Virus record (IMG/VR): IMGVR_UViG_3300037511_000401
Span: 1 to 46,269 of that record
DNA: 46,269 nucleotides
Direction: 5' to 3' (one strand)
DNA from: a virus
Taxonomy: Duplodnaviria > Caudoviricetes
The notes under the pieces were generated by a model. The model was not told the origin of the DNA, ran no database searches, and saw nothing but the letters and a program-made list of their open reading frames with translations. Numbering within the stretch: the first letter of the stretch is position 1; each line of letters starts with the position of its first letter. The translations under genes and the position numbers were made by a program. Shown here piece after piece: positions 22,918 to 32,092 of this stretch.

Positions 22918-24584
22918 AGACCCTGCGCCCCTACCAGGAGGAGACGCGCCGGATCCTGGCCGATGGCGGGCTCAACGCCTCCGGCCTCGGTGCCGGTAAG
23001 ACCGTCACCAGCGTCGAGACGGTGCGCCTGCTCAACCTTGGGCGGATGCCCAGGATCCTCGTAGTGGCGCCGATCAACACGCTGGGCCAGTGGAGGCGGA
23101 CCTTCGAGGAGCAGTTCCCCTCGCTCGCCGACAAGGGCCTCGCGCGCATCCTGGGGACGCACCACAAGGACCGCGAGAACTGGAGCCTGCTGACCGCCCG
23201 GAAGAAGCCGCCGGGCGTCTTCATCATCGGCTGGCAGGCCATGCACGGCGGTATCCCGGAAGAGATCCGGCGCCAGGCATCCAGCGGCCGTAACGCCCTG
23301 CGCAAGGAGCCGAAGGCCACCAAGACGGCGGCCCTGAAGGCGATGCGTGAAGGCACCGTCCCGCCGTGGACCCGGACCGGAACCTGGGATCTGGTCATCC
23401 TTGACGAATCGCACCGCATGGTGAACCGGCAGGGCGTTCCCCGTCACGTACTGAAGTGCATCAAGACGGATCGCTGGCTGCTGCTGTCGGCCACGCCCGG
23501 CGGAAACAAGCCGGAAGGGCTGTGGACCCCGCTCAACCTGATCTGGCCGGAGCTGTACCCCAGCTTCTGGGACTGGGTGGAGCGCCACTTCCACATCGTC
23601 GAGGACGAGTTCTACAAGGGCGGAGAGAAGGAAGTCGTCCGGAAGATCGGCGACGAGTTGAAACCCGGCGGTGTCTGGCGCAGCATCCCGGCCGTGGTGC
23701 GGTTCCGCACCGAAGAGGTCGTCGACCAGCTCCCTCCGGTCATCGAACGCGAGACCCGCATCCCGATGGCCAAGGAGCAGGAGGAGCAGTACCGCGACTT
23801 CGAGGGACAGTGCCTGGCCTGGCTCGGCGAACAGCCGGTGGCCACTCCGCTGCCCATCGAGCAGCGGATCCGCCTGCGTCAGGCCGCTCTCGGCACGCTC
23901 ATGGCCGAGGAGGTCGCCACCAGGACCGAGACCTGGGTGACGCGCCAGCAGCATTTCGCCCTCTCGGTCAACCATCAGATCTACGACCTGAAGGTGCTGG
24001 AGGAAAAGACCGGGGAGGTCACCGACGAGGCCAGCGGGGAGACGGCCGAGCAGACCATGCTCCTGGTCTCCTACATGCGCGACAAGCTGGACATCTCCTA
24101 CGACGAGGCGAAGGAACAGCCGAAGCTGACGGCTGTTCTCGACATCCTCGCCGACCTTCCGCCGGATGAGCCGCTGCTGGTGTGGACGCACTCGGCGAAG
24201 TGGGCCCGCATGGCGGAGAAGGCGCTCGGCAAGCAGGCCGTCGCCTGGACGATGAAGACCACCCCGGCCAAGCGCCGGAAGATCGAGGCCGGGTTCGGCA
24301 CGGAGTGGCGCGTGCTCGTCGCGCAGCTCCAGTCCCTCTCCGAGGGGGTCGACTGGCTGAAGGATGTCTGCCGGTGCGAGGTCATCGCCTCCCCCACCGA
24401 GGACAACGTGATGAACGAGCAGGCCGAAGGCCGCCTTCACCGGCCCGGCCAGACGTCGCCGGTCCAGCGCTGGCGGCTCGTCTCAGAAGGCACGATCGAC
24501 GACGAAGTGCACATGAACAACCTGGTCAAGCGCGCCCGGATGGGGTCGCTGTACCAGGACGACACGGAAAAGGAGAAGGTCTGA
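22914..24584 (+). CDS. SNF2-family (SF2) helicase/translocase
   Basis: LRPYQ, GLGAGKT, LVVAP, VILDESH, LLSATP, EGVD, QAEGRLHRPGQ, GTIDD. Confidence 0.9.
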   Translation: MKTLRPYQEETRRILADGGLNASGLGAGKTVTSVETVRLLNLGRMPRILVVAPINTLGQWRRTFEEQFPSLADKGLARILGTHHKDRENWSLLTARKKPPGVFIIGWQAMHGGIPEEIRRQASSGRNALRKEPKATKTAALKAMREGTVPPWTRTGTWDLVILDESHRMVNRQGVPRHVLKCIKTDRWLLLSATPGGNKPEGLWTPLNLIWPELYPSFWDWVERHFHIVEDEFYKGGEKEVVRKIGDELKPGGVWRSIPAVVRFRTEEVVDQLPPVIERETRIPMAKEQEEQYRDFEGQCLAWLGEQPVATPLPIEQRIRLRQAALGTLMAEEVATRTETWVTRQQHFALSVNHQIYDLKVLEEKTGEVTDEASGETAEQTMLLVSYMRDKLDISYDEAKEQPKLTAVLDILADLPPDEPLLVWTHSAKWARMAEKALGKQAVAWTMKTTPAKRRKIEAGFGTEWRVLVAQLQSLSEGVDWLKDVCRCEVIASPTEDNVMNEQAEGRLHRPGQTSPVQRWRLVSEGTIDDEVHMNNLVKRARMGSLYQDDTEKEKV

Positions 24585-25117
24585 TGCGCACCTGGGAGGC
24601 CGATGTCATCGCGGCCAAGGCGCACGAGGGACAGGTCGACAAGATCGGCGTCCCCTACATCGAGCACGTGCGGATGGTCTCGGCCGGTCTCGCCGACTTC
24701 GCGGAGCCGGTACGGGTGGCCGGGCTGCTGCACGACGTGGTTGAGGACACCGACGAGACCATCGAGTCGCTGCGCGCGAAGGGTGTCACCGAGATCTCGC
24801 TGGAGATCATCGACGCGGTCACGAAGGTGCCGGGCTCCACGAGGCGTGAGCAGATCGAGCGGGTCATCAAGGGCGGCTACGCGGCTCTCCTGGTGAAGAC
24901 CAGCGATAACGCCCACAACTCCCACCCCGACCGCCTCAAGCAGCTCGACGAGGCGACCAGGAAGCGCCTGGAGGGCAAGTACCGGGAAGCCCGGCAGGCG
25001 ATGTGGGCGTACCTCGCGGTGGAGGACGTCCGCTCGATCCTGAAGATCGTGAACCCGTCACTCCTGCCGGAGCTGGACGAGTTCGAGATGAGGCAGAAGC
25101 AGTTCGAGACCTCCTGA
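24584..25117 (+). CDS. HD-domain protein, small alarmone hydrolase (RelA/SpoT HD, Mesh1-like)
   Basis: AHEGQVDK.G.PY..H, LLHDVVEDT, VK.SDN.HN; TGATG coupling to the helicase. Confidence 0.85.
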   Translation: MRTWEADVIAAKAHEGQVDKIGVPYIEHVRMVSAGLADFAEPVRVAGLLHDVVEDTDETIESLRAKGVTEISLEIIDAVTKVPGSTRREQIERVIKGGYAALLVKTSDNAHNSHPDRLKQLDEATRKRLEGKYREARQAMWAYLAVEDVRSILKIVNPSLLPELDEFEMRQKQFETS

Positions 25118-25132
25118 CCGACGGCTGCACAG

Positions 25133-25169
25133 CAGAAGGGCCCGGCTTCCCCTTGCCGGGCCCTTCTGT
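25133..25169. terminator. Bidirectional hairpin between convergent operons
   Basis: CAGAAGGGCCCGGC / GCCGGGCCCTTCTG. Confidence 0.7.
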
Positions 25170-25543
25170 CAGGTTCCGTTGCGGTTGTACTCCACGATCC
25201 GCTCGGGCGGAGCCGGTGGTTCGATCCCATGAGAGCGCATCTGGCCGGTCAGCTCCGACACGTACCAGGAGAACGCCCGGACCAGCGAGGTGAGGCTGTC
25301 GATGCGCGTCTCGTGGCGCTCCAGCTTCCTCTCCAGCCCGTCCCGGATCTCACGGAAAGTCGCCAGGTCCGCCTGCCGCTGCGCCGGTTCCGCGTTGGCC
25401 ACAGCGGTCGCCCGCTGGGCTTCGGCAGTCATGCGGGCCGCCGCACGCGTGGCGCGGGCCGCGAAAATGCCCGAACCGAGAAGCGCGACCGCTCCCAGCA
25501 GGGCACCGACGACGGGCAGAACCGCCCCCCAGTCTTCTGTCAT
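25169..25543 (-). CDS. Lysis-cassette membrane protein (N-terminal TM plus coiled coil)
   Basis: MTEDWGAVLPVVGALL...; RBS GGAGGAG; last gene of the lysin operon. Confidence 0.7.
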   Translation of the reverse strand: MTEDWGAVLPVVGALLGAVALLGSGIFAARATRAAARMTAEAQRATAVANAEPAQRQADLATFREIRDGLERKLERHETRIDSLTSLVRAFSWYVSELTGQMRSHGIEPPAPPERIVEYNRNGT

Positions 25544-25977
25544 CTTCGCTCCTCCTGGAGGGTCTTCTGGTCGGGCATGGAGTACTCCGGAACCGATGCC
25601 GCCCAGAGGATCAGACCGATGTGGCTTATCGCGTACCACGCGGCCAGGGCAAAGCCCCTTGGGTAATCACCGGACACCGCACCCCACAGGAACGCGGAAC
25701 CCCACACGAGAGGAGGGATGATGGCGGAGAAGAAACCGAGCCAATCCCTCCCGATCCGAAGCCACGCACAGGTGAAGGTCATCACCCCGCACGTGATCCA
25801 GATTGCGGACCAGCTTTGAATGCTGGCATGCCTCGTGAGCAGTTCCAGTCCTGCCGGGCTCGGGCCCGGATCGAGGGCGTACCCCAGGCCGAGGCAGATC
25901 TTGCCCAGGCCCAGGAGGACGAGTGCGGTGCCACGGCGACCCAGCCGTTTGTGCATGCGCCGGATCGCCGTGGTCAT
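25540..25977 (-). CDS. Lysis-cassette four-TM membrane protein
   Basis: MTTAIRRMHKRLGRRG...; four hydrophobic segments; coupled. Confidence 0.7.
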   Translation of the reverse strand: MTTAIRRMHKRLGRRGTALVLLGLGKICLGLGYALDPGPSPAGLELLTRHASIQSWSAIWITCGVMTFTCAWLRIGRDWLGFFSAIIPPLVWGSAFLWGAVSGDYPRGFALAAWYAISHIGLILWAASVPEYSMPDQKTLQEERR

Positions 25978-26354
25978 CAGGCCGCCTTGGTGACGACCGC
26001 CGGGCTGCGCTGCTCGATCGGCAGTAGCACCACCGGGGCGACGACCTTCTCGCGCACCCAGAGCGCCACGACACTCTCGATGACCGCCATCCACAGCGCC
26101 TGCTGGTCTGCGGTCATGTCGAGACCGAACGCCAGGAACAGGGCGATGGCGCCCTGGGCGAGGTTGATGATGGCCGCACCCACGGCGCCCGTCTTCAGGA
26201 CGATCGCGTTGACGACCGCGACGATCAGGCTGAGCACCGCCATGATGGCGCCCTGCTGGTCGGCGGATACGTTCAGCCCGTACGCCGTGGCCAGCTTCAG
26301 GGCCACGGCGATGAAGGCCAGGATGACCACCGGCTCTCTGCCGAAGATCTTCAT
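25977..26354 (-). CDS. Putative holin
   Basis: MKIFGREPVV... two internally repeated TM hairpins (ADQQ.A); directly after the endolysin. Confidence 0.75.
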   Translation of the reverse strand: MKIFGREPVVILAFIAVALKLATAYGLNVSADQQGAIMAVLSLIVAVVNAIVLKTGAVGAAIINLAQGAIALFLAFGLDMTADQQALWMAVIESVVALWVREKVVAPVVLLPIEQRSPAVVTKAA

Positions 26355-26371
26355 TCGGTCACTCCCTCTGG

Positions 26372-27574
26372 TCAGTCGATGACTGCGAATCCGTACTTGT
26401 GGCCGAGCTTGACCAGGGAGTCCCTGCCCGGCTTTCCGTCGGCATCGCCACCCGGCTTCGTGCTGGCGCCGGGGTAGAGCTTGAGCTGCCACCTGGAGTA
26501 TGCCGCGATGGTCATGCTCCCGAAGGAGCCATCGCCCGCATACACCCTGTCGAGAAGCCCTTCCTTCACCAGGGCGGCCTCGACGATCTTCACACCGGCC
26601 GCGTAGGTCTGGTGCCCCTGGGCCGCGCCCGGGTCGGTGTTGGCCGCCGCCTTCAGCTTGCTGACCGAGACGGTCGGAACCGGCGGAACCGCCGGGCTGG
26701 GGAGCGTCCCCAGGAGCTTCTTCAGGCTCGACTCGCCGGGCACGCCGTCCGCGTCCCCGTGGGGCGCCGTGTCGGTGTATCCCAGGCTCTTCTGGAAGTC
26801 GGAGTAGTTCAGGGTGTCGGCGTCGCTCCAGTCCGGGCCGGGGCCTTCTGTGTAGTGCTTGCCGAACCCCTTGGACACCAGGGCCTGCCCGACCTTGGTG
26901 ACGTGGCTTCCGTGTGCGCCGTACCCGTACTTCAGGCCGTTGATGGTGACCTGGTACCGGGCGACACCGGAGGGCGAAGAGTCGGATCCGCCGCCGACGG
27001 AACCACCCGAGCCGTAGTCGAAGATGTTGGGCATCGGGCCCGGGTCGAGGTGACTGTTTCCGGGTGCCTGGTGGTGGCCGTAGTGACCGCCCCGGTCCTC
27101 CCACATGCTGAGGGAAACGGTGTCACGGGCGAACGCGACGGGTGCACCGCCCGGCCAGACGTCGGGGATGCCGAGGCTGCGGAGCCAGTCCATGATCTGG
27201 TCCAGGCCCTTGCAGGGCGTGTCCCGTACGGTGGCGTACCGCTTCCCGCCCACCGTCTCGTTGGCGGTGAAGACGATCTCGATCTGGATGCAGTACTTGC
27301 CGGTCCGGTTCGTCCGGACCGAGCCTGCGTTCTGGAGTGCGAGTGCACGCGAGTCGGCCGGGAAGAATTGTGCGATCTCCCCGGTGAACGGGTCCCACAG
27401 GAGGTGCGGGGCGACGCCCTTGCCGCCTCCCGTGAACCAGCCCAGCTCGTTCCGGTACGTCCAGTCCTTGCTGTTGCTGGTGATGTGCCAGACGACCCTT
27501 GCCGGTCCGCCCTCCATCGCCCCGGTGTTGCCGATGGAGTACTTCGCCGCGCCGGGCATCCACATGTTGGCCAT
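26372..27574 (-). CDS. Endolysin, N-acetylmuramoyl-L-alanine amidase-type with C-terminal peptidoglycan-binding repeats
   Basis: VVWHIT, PHLLWDP, IQIEI, HYGH...GNSHLDPG, then two ...Q..L...DADG.PG..SL domains; RBS GGAGG. Confidence 0.85.
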   Translation of the reverse strand: MANMWMPGAAKYSIGNTGAMEGGPARVVWHITSNSKDWTYRNELGWFTGGGKGVAPHLLWDPFTGEIAQFFPADSRALALQNAGSVRTNRTGKYCIQIEIVFTANETVGGKRYATVRDTPCKGLDQIMDWLRSLGIPDVWPGGAPVAFARDTVSLSMWEDRGGHYGHHQAPGNSHLDPGPMPNIFDYGSGGSVGGGSDSSPSGVARYQVTINGLKYGYGAHGSHVTKVGQALVSKGFGKHYTEGPGPDWSDADTLNYSDFQKSLGYTDTAPHGDADGVPGESSLKKLLGTLPSPAVPPVPTVSVSKLKAAANTDPGAAQGHQTYAAGVKIVEAALVKEGLLDRVYAGDGSFGSMTIAAYSRWQLKLYPGASTKPGGDADGKPGRDSLVKLGHKYGFAVID

Positions 27575-27813
27575 GATCACCGTCCTCCGGTGTAGCCGCT
27601 TCCGGCCTGCCCGCACATCCGGGTCACGTCCCGTGATGGCCGACATGTCGAACGGGCTGTCTGTCTGGAAGGGTTGCCAGGAGCGGGCTCTGAGTAACTG
27701 AACACACGTTCCTCCCCTTGGGTCACAGGCATAGCTTCGCACGAATCTACGAACTCTCGGCTCGACATCTTCCTGGTTTCCTGCAATACTCTTTCTAGGA
27801 AAGGGGATTGAAC

Positions 27814-28458
27814 GTGAACAAGAAGACCGTAAGCATCGCCGCCGGGGCCGCTGGCATCATCCTGGCCGTCTCCTCGTGTGGTACCGACACCTACGAGTAC
27901 GACGTTTCGGGGAAGGTCGTCGGGCAGCAGATCGACTTCGACTGCCCGAAGGGGAAGGGCAACCTGGCGCTCGACCTCGTCGCCTTCGAGTCGGGCAAGC
28001 ACGGCGGCAGCAGCAGCAAGACGTCCAAGACCAGCAAGACGTCCAAGTCGGACTCGTCCAGCTCAGACTCCGGTTCGAGCAGCGCGTCCAAGAAGGTCTC
28101 GAAGGCGCCGACGCCCTCGAAGTCCTCCAGCAACCCGGCCTCCAAGGGCGGCTCGAAGTTCAGCTCGCCGACGCCCAAGAAGACCTCCACGCCCCAGCCG
28201 AAGAAGTCGGCGAACAAGGGCGTCACCATGAACAAGAAGCCCGACAAGCCGCAGAGGCTCACGGGCGGCAAGCTGCCCGTGAAGAAGTACAAGTACAAGC
28301 CGCGCGGCTGCGAGACCGAGTACGAGATCTTCGTGCTCGCCGACGACGGCTACACCTACGAGCAGGACGTGGCCGGTGACCACTACCGCGCCTGCGAGCA
28401 GGCCAGGGCGCCGAAGGGCCAGAAGTACAAGCTCTTCCCGGCCTGCACCAAGGGCTGA
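27814..28458 (+). CDS. Putative lipoprotein with Ser/Lys/Pro-rich insert
   Basis: Signal peptide plus lipobox VSSC; SKT repeats; four additional Cys. Confidence 0.7.
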   Translation: MNKKTVSIAAGAAGIILAVSSCGTDTYEYDVSGKVVGQQIDFDCPKGKGNLALDLVAFESGKHGGSSSKTSKTSKTSKSDSSSSDSGSSSASKKVSKAPTPSKSSSNPASKGGSKFSSPTPKKTSTPQPKKSANKGVTMNKKPDKPQRLTGGKLPVKKYKYKPRGCETEYEIFVLADDGYTYEQDVAGDHYRACEQARAPKGQKYKLFPACTKG

Positions 28459-28547
28459 TGAGGTACGCGATCGAGTGGGTGGCCATCCTGGCAGGATCCG
28501 GGGTGGCCACCCGTGCGTTTCTGTTCCTGGAGAGGAGAAGGCGATGA
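28458..28547 (+). CDS. 29-aa TM peptide
   Basis: MRYAIEWVAILAGSGVATRAFLFLERRRR; TGATG and ATGA coupling at both ends. Confidence 0.5.
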   Translation: MRYAIEWVAILAGSGVATRAFLFLERRRR

Positions 28548-28957
28548 GCTATTCGGGGTCCGTGACCGGCTGTTTCACCATCGAGCCGCCGCTGAAGTGG
28601 TCCGAGATCAAGGAGAGCCGGTTCTACCTGGAGGACAAGCTGGACACCAGCTACGAACCCGGTGTCGTGCTGAGCGTCGACCGCAGCGACGAAGAGACGG
28701 ACGACGGCGTGTCCATCGTCTTCACGTCCTCCACGGCCATCCCGTGGCGTGAGTCCTTCGACTGTCGCAACCTGGACAAGGACGTTCAGGGGCTCGTCAC
28801 CGAGATGGAGAAGATCGGGCGCACCGTCCGGGGCGAGATGGTGGTCGACGGTGAGTGGGCCGGAGACATCTGGCGGGTGGTCGCCGACGAGAACGGCGTG
28901 CGCAAGGAGACGGCACGTTTCCAGTGGCCCGACGGGACCGAAGTCCAGTTCGGCTGA
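28544..28957 (+). CDS. Hypothetical actinophage-type protein
   Basis: MSYSGSVTGCFTIEPPLKWSEI...; RBS GAGGAG; hairpin at 28968-28996 follows. Confidence 0.7.
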   Translation: MSYSGSVTGCFTIEPPLKWSEIKESRFYLEDKLDTSYEPGVVLSVDRSDEETDDGVSIVFTSSTAIPWRESFDCRNLDKDVQGLVTEMEKIGRTVRGEMVVDGEWAGDIWRVVADENGVRKETARFQWPDGTEVQFG

Positions 28958-29012
28958 GAACGAGACCAGGGGCGCGGCCAGACGGTCGCGCCCCTTCGGC
29001 ATGAGGAGAGAG

Positions 29013-29297
29013 ATGAACCTGGACCCGGTGACCCTCCACCTGGCGGCCGTGGCCGACGCGGCGATGAAGCTGCTGGAGCGGCGCAGGCGGGAGATGGTCG
29101 AGATGCTGAAGTCCTGCGGCGTGGATCCGTCGACCGTCCCGATGTGGCCGGAGGTCTGGCGCGAGGGGCCGTACGTCTACACCGAGCGCTTCATGTTCGA
29201 CGACAGCGGCAGGCTCCGGCGCGACGACTACGGTCCGATGGTCGAGGAGTTTGCCATGGAGCCGGACGTCGTCCCGGACTGGATCCCCTTCGACTGA
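29013..29297 (+). CDS. Hypothetical protein
   Basis: RBS GAGGAGAG; followed by a terminator-like hairpin at 29302-29330. Confidence 0.65.
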   Translation: MNLDPVTLHLAAVADAAMKLLERRRREMVEMLKSCGVDPSTVPMWPEVWREGPYVYTERFMFDDSGRLRRDDYGPMVEEFAMEPDVVPDWIPFD

Positions 29298-29690
29298 CCC
29301 GAGGCCCGTCGGTCCGCCCGGCGGGCCTTTCGCATGCCACCTTCCTACCGTTCGGTAACTTTCCTTCCACCGGGAACCGAAGAGAAGTTACTCGTAGGTA
29401 GGAAGAACACGCGCGGAAGCCGCTCGAATCTCGGAAGAAAAGCTACCGAACGGTAACAGGCAATTCGGTTGAATCGTGCGATTCGGACTGTCCACTATGA
29501 CCCGTTCCGTCCTGCTGTAGCGTGTCGGAGATCCATAAAAAGTGGTCCGGTATGCCTGATTCAGTGGAGTTCATGGTGATTCGAAGAGGGCAAGAATCGC
29601 ACCGAATCAGGACAGACTGTCCCGACAAGTGGCCTACCTCAGAAGTAGGCCATCAGGTAGGATCGGCCTAGGCCGTTCGAGAGGAGGCAC

Positions 29691-30158
29691 ATGAACGCCC
29701 AATCACAGCTAACGGCAGCGGACTTGAACCTCAACGTCCCGTATTTCGAGCTGATCGGAACGGGCTCGCGTGACTGGATGGACCGCAGCGCGGTCTGGAC
29801 GCCAGTCACCCGGCTGCTGAAGCGGCACGGCCGCCTGCTGATCCGCAACGGCAAGAACAAGCGCGGCGCCGACCGGCACCTCAGCGACTGGGCTGCGCGC
29901 TTCGACGACTCCCTGGTCCTGGAGGTGCCCTACCTGCCGGACTGGGACGCCTACGGCAACTACGCAGGCAACCTGCGCAACCAGGAGATGGTCAGCGCGG
30001 GGGCCCAGCTCGTCATGGCGTGGGCGAATCCCTGCCGCAAGAACGGGCGCTGGTGCCCCCCGGGCGAACACCCCTCGCACGGCACCGCCGACTGCGTGAA
30101 GCGGGCTAGAGCGGCTGGCATCCACGTCGTCTTCAGCCCCGAAGGAATGAGCTGGTAG
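29691..30158 (+). CDS. SLOG-superfamily (DUF2493/YspA-like) nucleotide-binding protein
   Basis: TGSRDW, G...GAD, DW..YG..AG..RNQEMV, SHGTADC..RA..AGI; RBS GAGGAGG. Confidence 0.75.
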   Translation: MNAQSQLTAADLNLNVPYFELIGTGSRDWMDRSAVWTPVTRLLKRHGRLLIRNGKNKRGADRHLSDWAARFDDSLVLEVPYLPDWDAYGNYAGNLRNQEMVSAGAQLVMAWANPCRKNGRWCPPGEHPSHGTADCVKRARAAGIHVVFSPEGMSW

Positions 30159-30217
30159 TTCGCCCGTAATTCCATCCCGAACATCCCCGAAGAACACCGA
30201 ATCCAAGGAGAACCCCC

Positions 30218-30685
30218 GTGAACAAGCTGACCTCCGTCGCCCTGTCCGTCGCCCTCAGCGGCGGTCTCGTGCTGGCGCTGGCCCCCAGCTCCGAAGCGGC
30301 CACCCCGATACGGACCAAGGCCCTCAGTACCGCCCTCGCCCAGAAGGGTGACCCGTACAAGGCCAGGGCCGCAGGTCCGAACGCCTTCGACTGCTCCGGC
30401 CTCACGTTCTACTCGTACGGCAAGCACAACAAGAAGCTCCCCCGTACGGCGCAGGGGCAGTACAACAGCTCCACGCACATCTCCTGGAGCAAGCGGGCCA
30501 AGGGTGACCTGGTGTTCTTCGGCACCTCGTCCTCGAACATCAAGCACGTCGGCATCTACGTCGGCGACAACAAGATCGTGAACGCGAACTCGGGCTCCTA
30601 CCGGGGTTACAAGGTCGTCGTCGCCCCGGTTTCCGAGTACAAGTACGGCGGCCGGAAGGTCTACATCGGGCGGGTGAACGGCTGA
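30218..30685 (+). CDS. Secreted NlpC/P60 peptidoglycan endopeptidase
   Basis: Signal peptide; GDPY...GPNAFDCSGL, LPRTAQGQ, GDLVFF, HVGIY. Confidence 0.9.
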   Translation: MNKLTSVALSVALSGGLVLALAPSSEAATPIRTKALSTALAQKGDPYKARAAGPNAFDCSGLTFYSYGKHNKKLPRTAQGQYNSSTHISWSKRAKGDLVFFGTSSSNIKHVGIYVGDNKIVNANSGSYRGYKVVVAPVSEYKYGGRKVYIGRVNG

Positions 30686-30903
30686 TGGCGAAGTACCTGG
30701 TTACCGTCAAGCTCCCCAAGAACCCCGAGCACAACCCGCGCGACAAGAAGACCGGCCCCTGCCCGGTGAACGGCCTGCCGTGCACCGACGTGACGGGCGA
30801 GCACCACACCGTTCTGGTGGACATCGACGACGTGGACGCCGAGGGTGTCCGCGAGATCTACGAGTCCGTCTACACCCACGTAACTAGGGTGGAGACCGTC
30901 TGA
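30685..30903 (+). CDS. Small hypothetical protein (Cys/His)
   Basis: Coupled; H...CP....CTD..GEHH. Confidence 0.65.
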   Translation: MAKYLVTVKLPKNPEHNPRDKKTGPCPVNGLPCTDVTGEHHTVLVDIDDVDAEGVREIYESVYTHVTRVETV

Positions 30904-30946
30904 TTCGCCTTCGATTCCATGGCGAACATCTGGAAGAACATTCGGA

Positions 30947-31291
30947 ATGGAGAAGGAGCGCATGAGCTGGACCAAGGGGACGCGGATCTTCGAGCAGGTC
31001 TCGGAGGCCATCGAGCGGCGCGAGGAGGGCGAGATCTCCGGCAAGGAGCTGGTATCCGCCCTGATCAAGGCCCTGAAGGACGAGGGCTGGGACCCCGAGG
31101 ACTACGGGGTCGGCGGCCTCGACGAGGAGTCCATCATCCGCGAGGCCATGGCCGAGCACGGCAACGTGGAGAAGTGCTCCAGCGAGCACCGCATCCACCC
31201 CTGGCAGTGCGAGGGCGACAAGGGGCACTACCCCACGACCCTGCACCAGGACTACGTGGGCAACACCTGGACGCACGAGGAGGAGCTGTGA
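30947..31291 (+). CDS. Hypothetical protein
   Basis: GC3 bias; alternative start ATG 30962. Confidence 0.65.
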   Translation: MEKERMSWTKGTRIFEQVSEAIERREEGEISGKELVSALIKALKDEGWDPEDYGVGGLDEESIIREAMAEHGNVEKCSSEHRIHPWQCEGDKGHYPTTLHQDYVGNTWTHEEEL

Positions 31292-31554
31292 GCGAGATCC
31301 GGAGGCTGGGCTGGGCGGACGTCGACACCGACGCCACCCTGGTCGTCGAGAAGAGCTTGAGCGGCGGCGGGAAGGTCGTCGTCGGCGGCTTCGGCCCGGT
31401 GGACAACGGGTTCAACGGCCGTATGACGGTGCCGCTGACCGAGAGCCAGCACGAGGAGGACCCCGGCCTGTTCGCCGAGCTGACCTACCAGCAGGCGCTC
31501 GACCTGAATGCGAAGCTGGCGGCAGTCCTGATCGACGTGGCGCGCGAGCGCTGA
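31288..31554 (+). CDS. Hypothetical protein
   Basis: GTG after GAGGAGGAG; coupled. Confidence 0.65.
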   Translation: MSEIRRLGWADVDTDATLVVEKSLSGGGKVVVGGFGPVDNGFNGRMTVPLTESQHEEDPGLFAELTYQQALDLNAKLAAVLIDVARER

Positions 31555-31567
31555 CCTGCGAGGAGAA

Positions 31568-31780
31568 GTGATGAGCCTGTACGAGAAGGAGCTGTGCACG
31601 GGGCCCACCGGCTGCGGCCACCCCCGGCATGAGCACACGGGTACGCACCTGAAGGGCTCCAGGACGGCGTGCCGCCACAAGCTGGCTCAGGGGCGCGGCA
31701 CTTGCGCCTGCACCCGATTCAAGGGAGTTCGGGGCAGTTCGTCCGATTCGAAGCCTGTCCTGGAAGCCTCCCATGGCTGA
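31568..31780 (+). CDS. Small Cys/His-rich protein
   Basis: C....CGH...H...C.......CAC..F; RBS GAGGAG. Confidence 0.6.
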   Translation: MMSLYEKELCTGPTGCGHPRHEHTGTHLKGSRTACRHKLAQGRGTCACTRFKGVRGSSSDSKPVLEASHG

Positions 31781-32021
31781 CCGGATGAGCGAGCAGGCGC
31801 TGCGCGAGAACGCGCTCGCCCGGATCCTGCTGGACCTGCACCGCTGCGAGCACGGTCGGCTGTCGGCCGACAACTGCCTCTCCTGCGGTGGACCGTCCAC
31901 CGGCAATCTGCTTCTCCCGCCGGGCACGCACATCGGGCACACCCTGTACGGGGACCGCATCGTGGTCCCCGCCTGGGAAGACCACAACGACCCCAAAAAG
32001 TGGGTACAGAAGGCCGAATGA
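31773..32021 (+). CDS. Small Zn-finger-like protein
   Basis: RCEHGR....CLSCGG.S.GN. Confidence 0.6.
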   Translation: MADRMSEQALRENALARILLDLHRCEHGRLSADNCLSCGGPSTGNLLLPPGTHIGHTLYGDRIVVPAWEDHNDPKKWVQKAE

Positions 32022-32092
32022 ATGGCCTACTGGAAGCAGGCAGAAAGGCCCACCGGAACGTCTCCGGTGGGCCACTCGGAAAGGAGGAAGGA

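Noticed and set aside
29400-29690. c-di-AMP (ydaO) riboswitch upstream of a cell-wall hydrolase operon
   Set aside because: Only GAATC fragments match; the conserved 3' CCGTCAGCTAAC-type block is missing.
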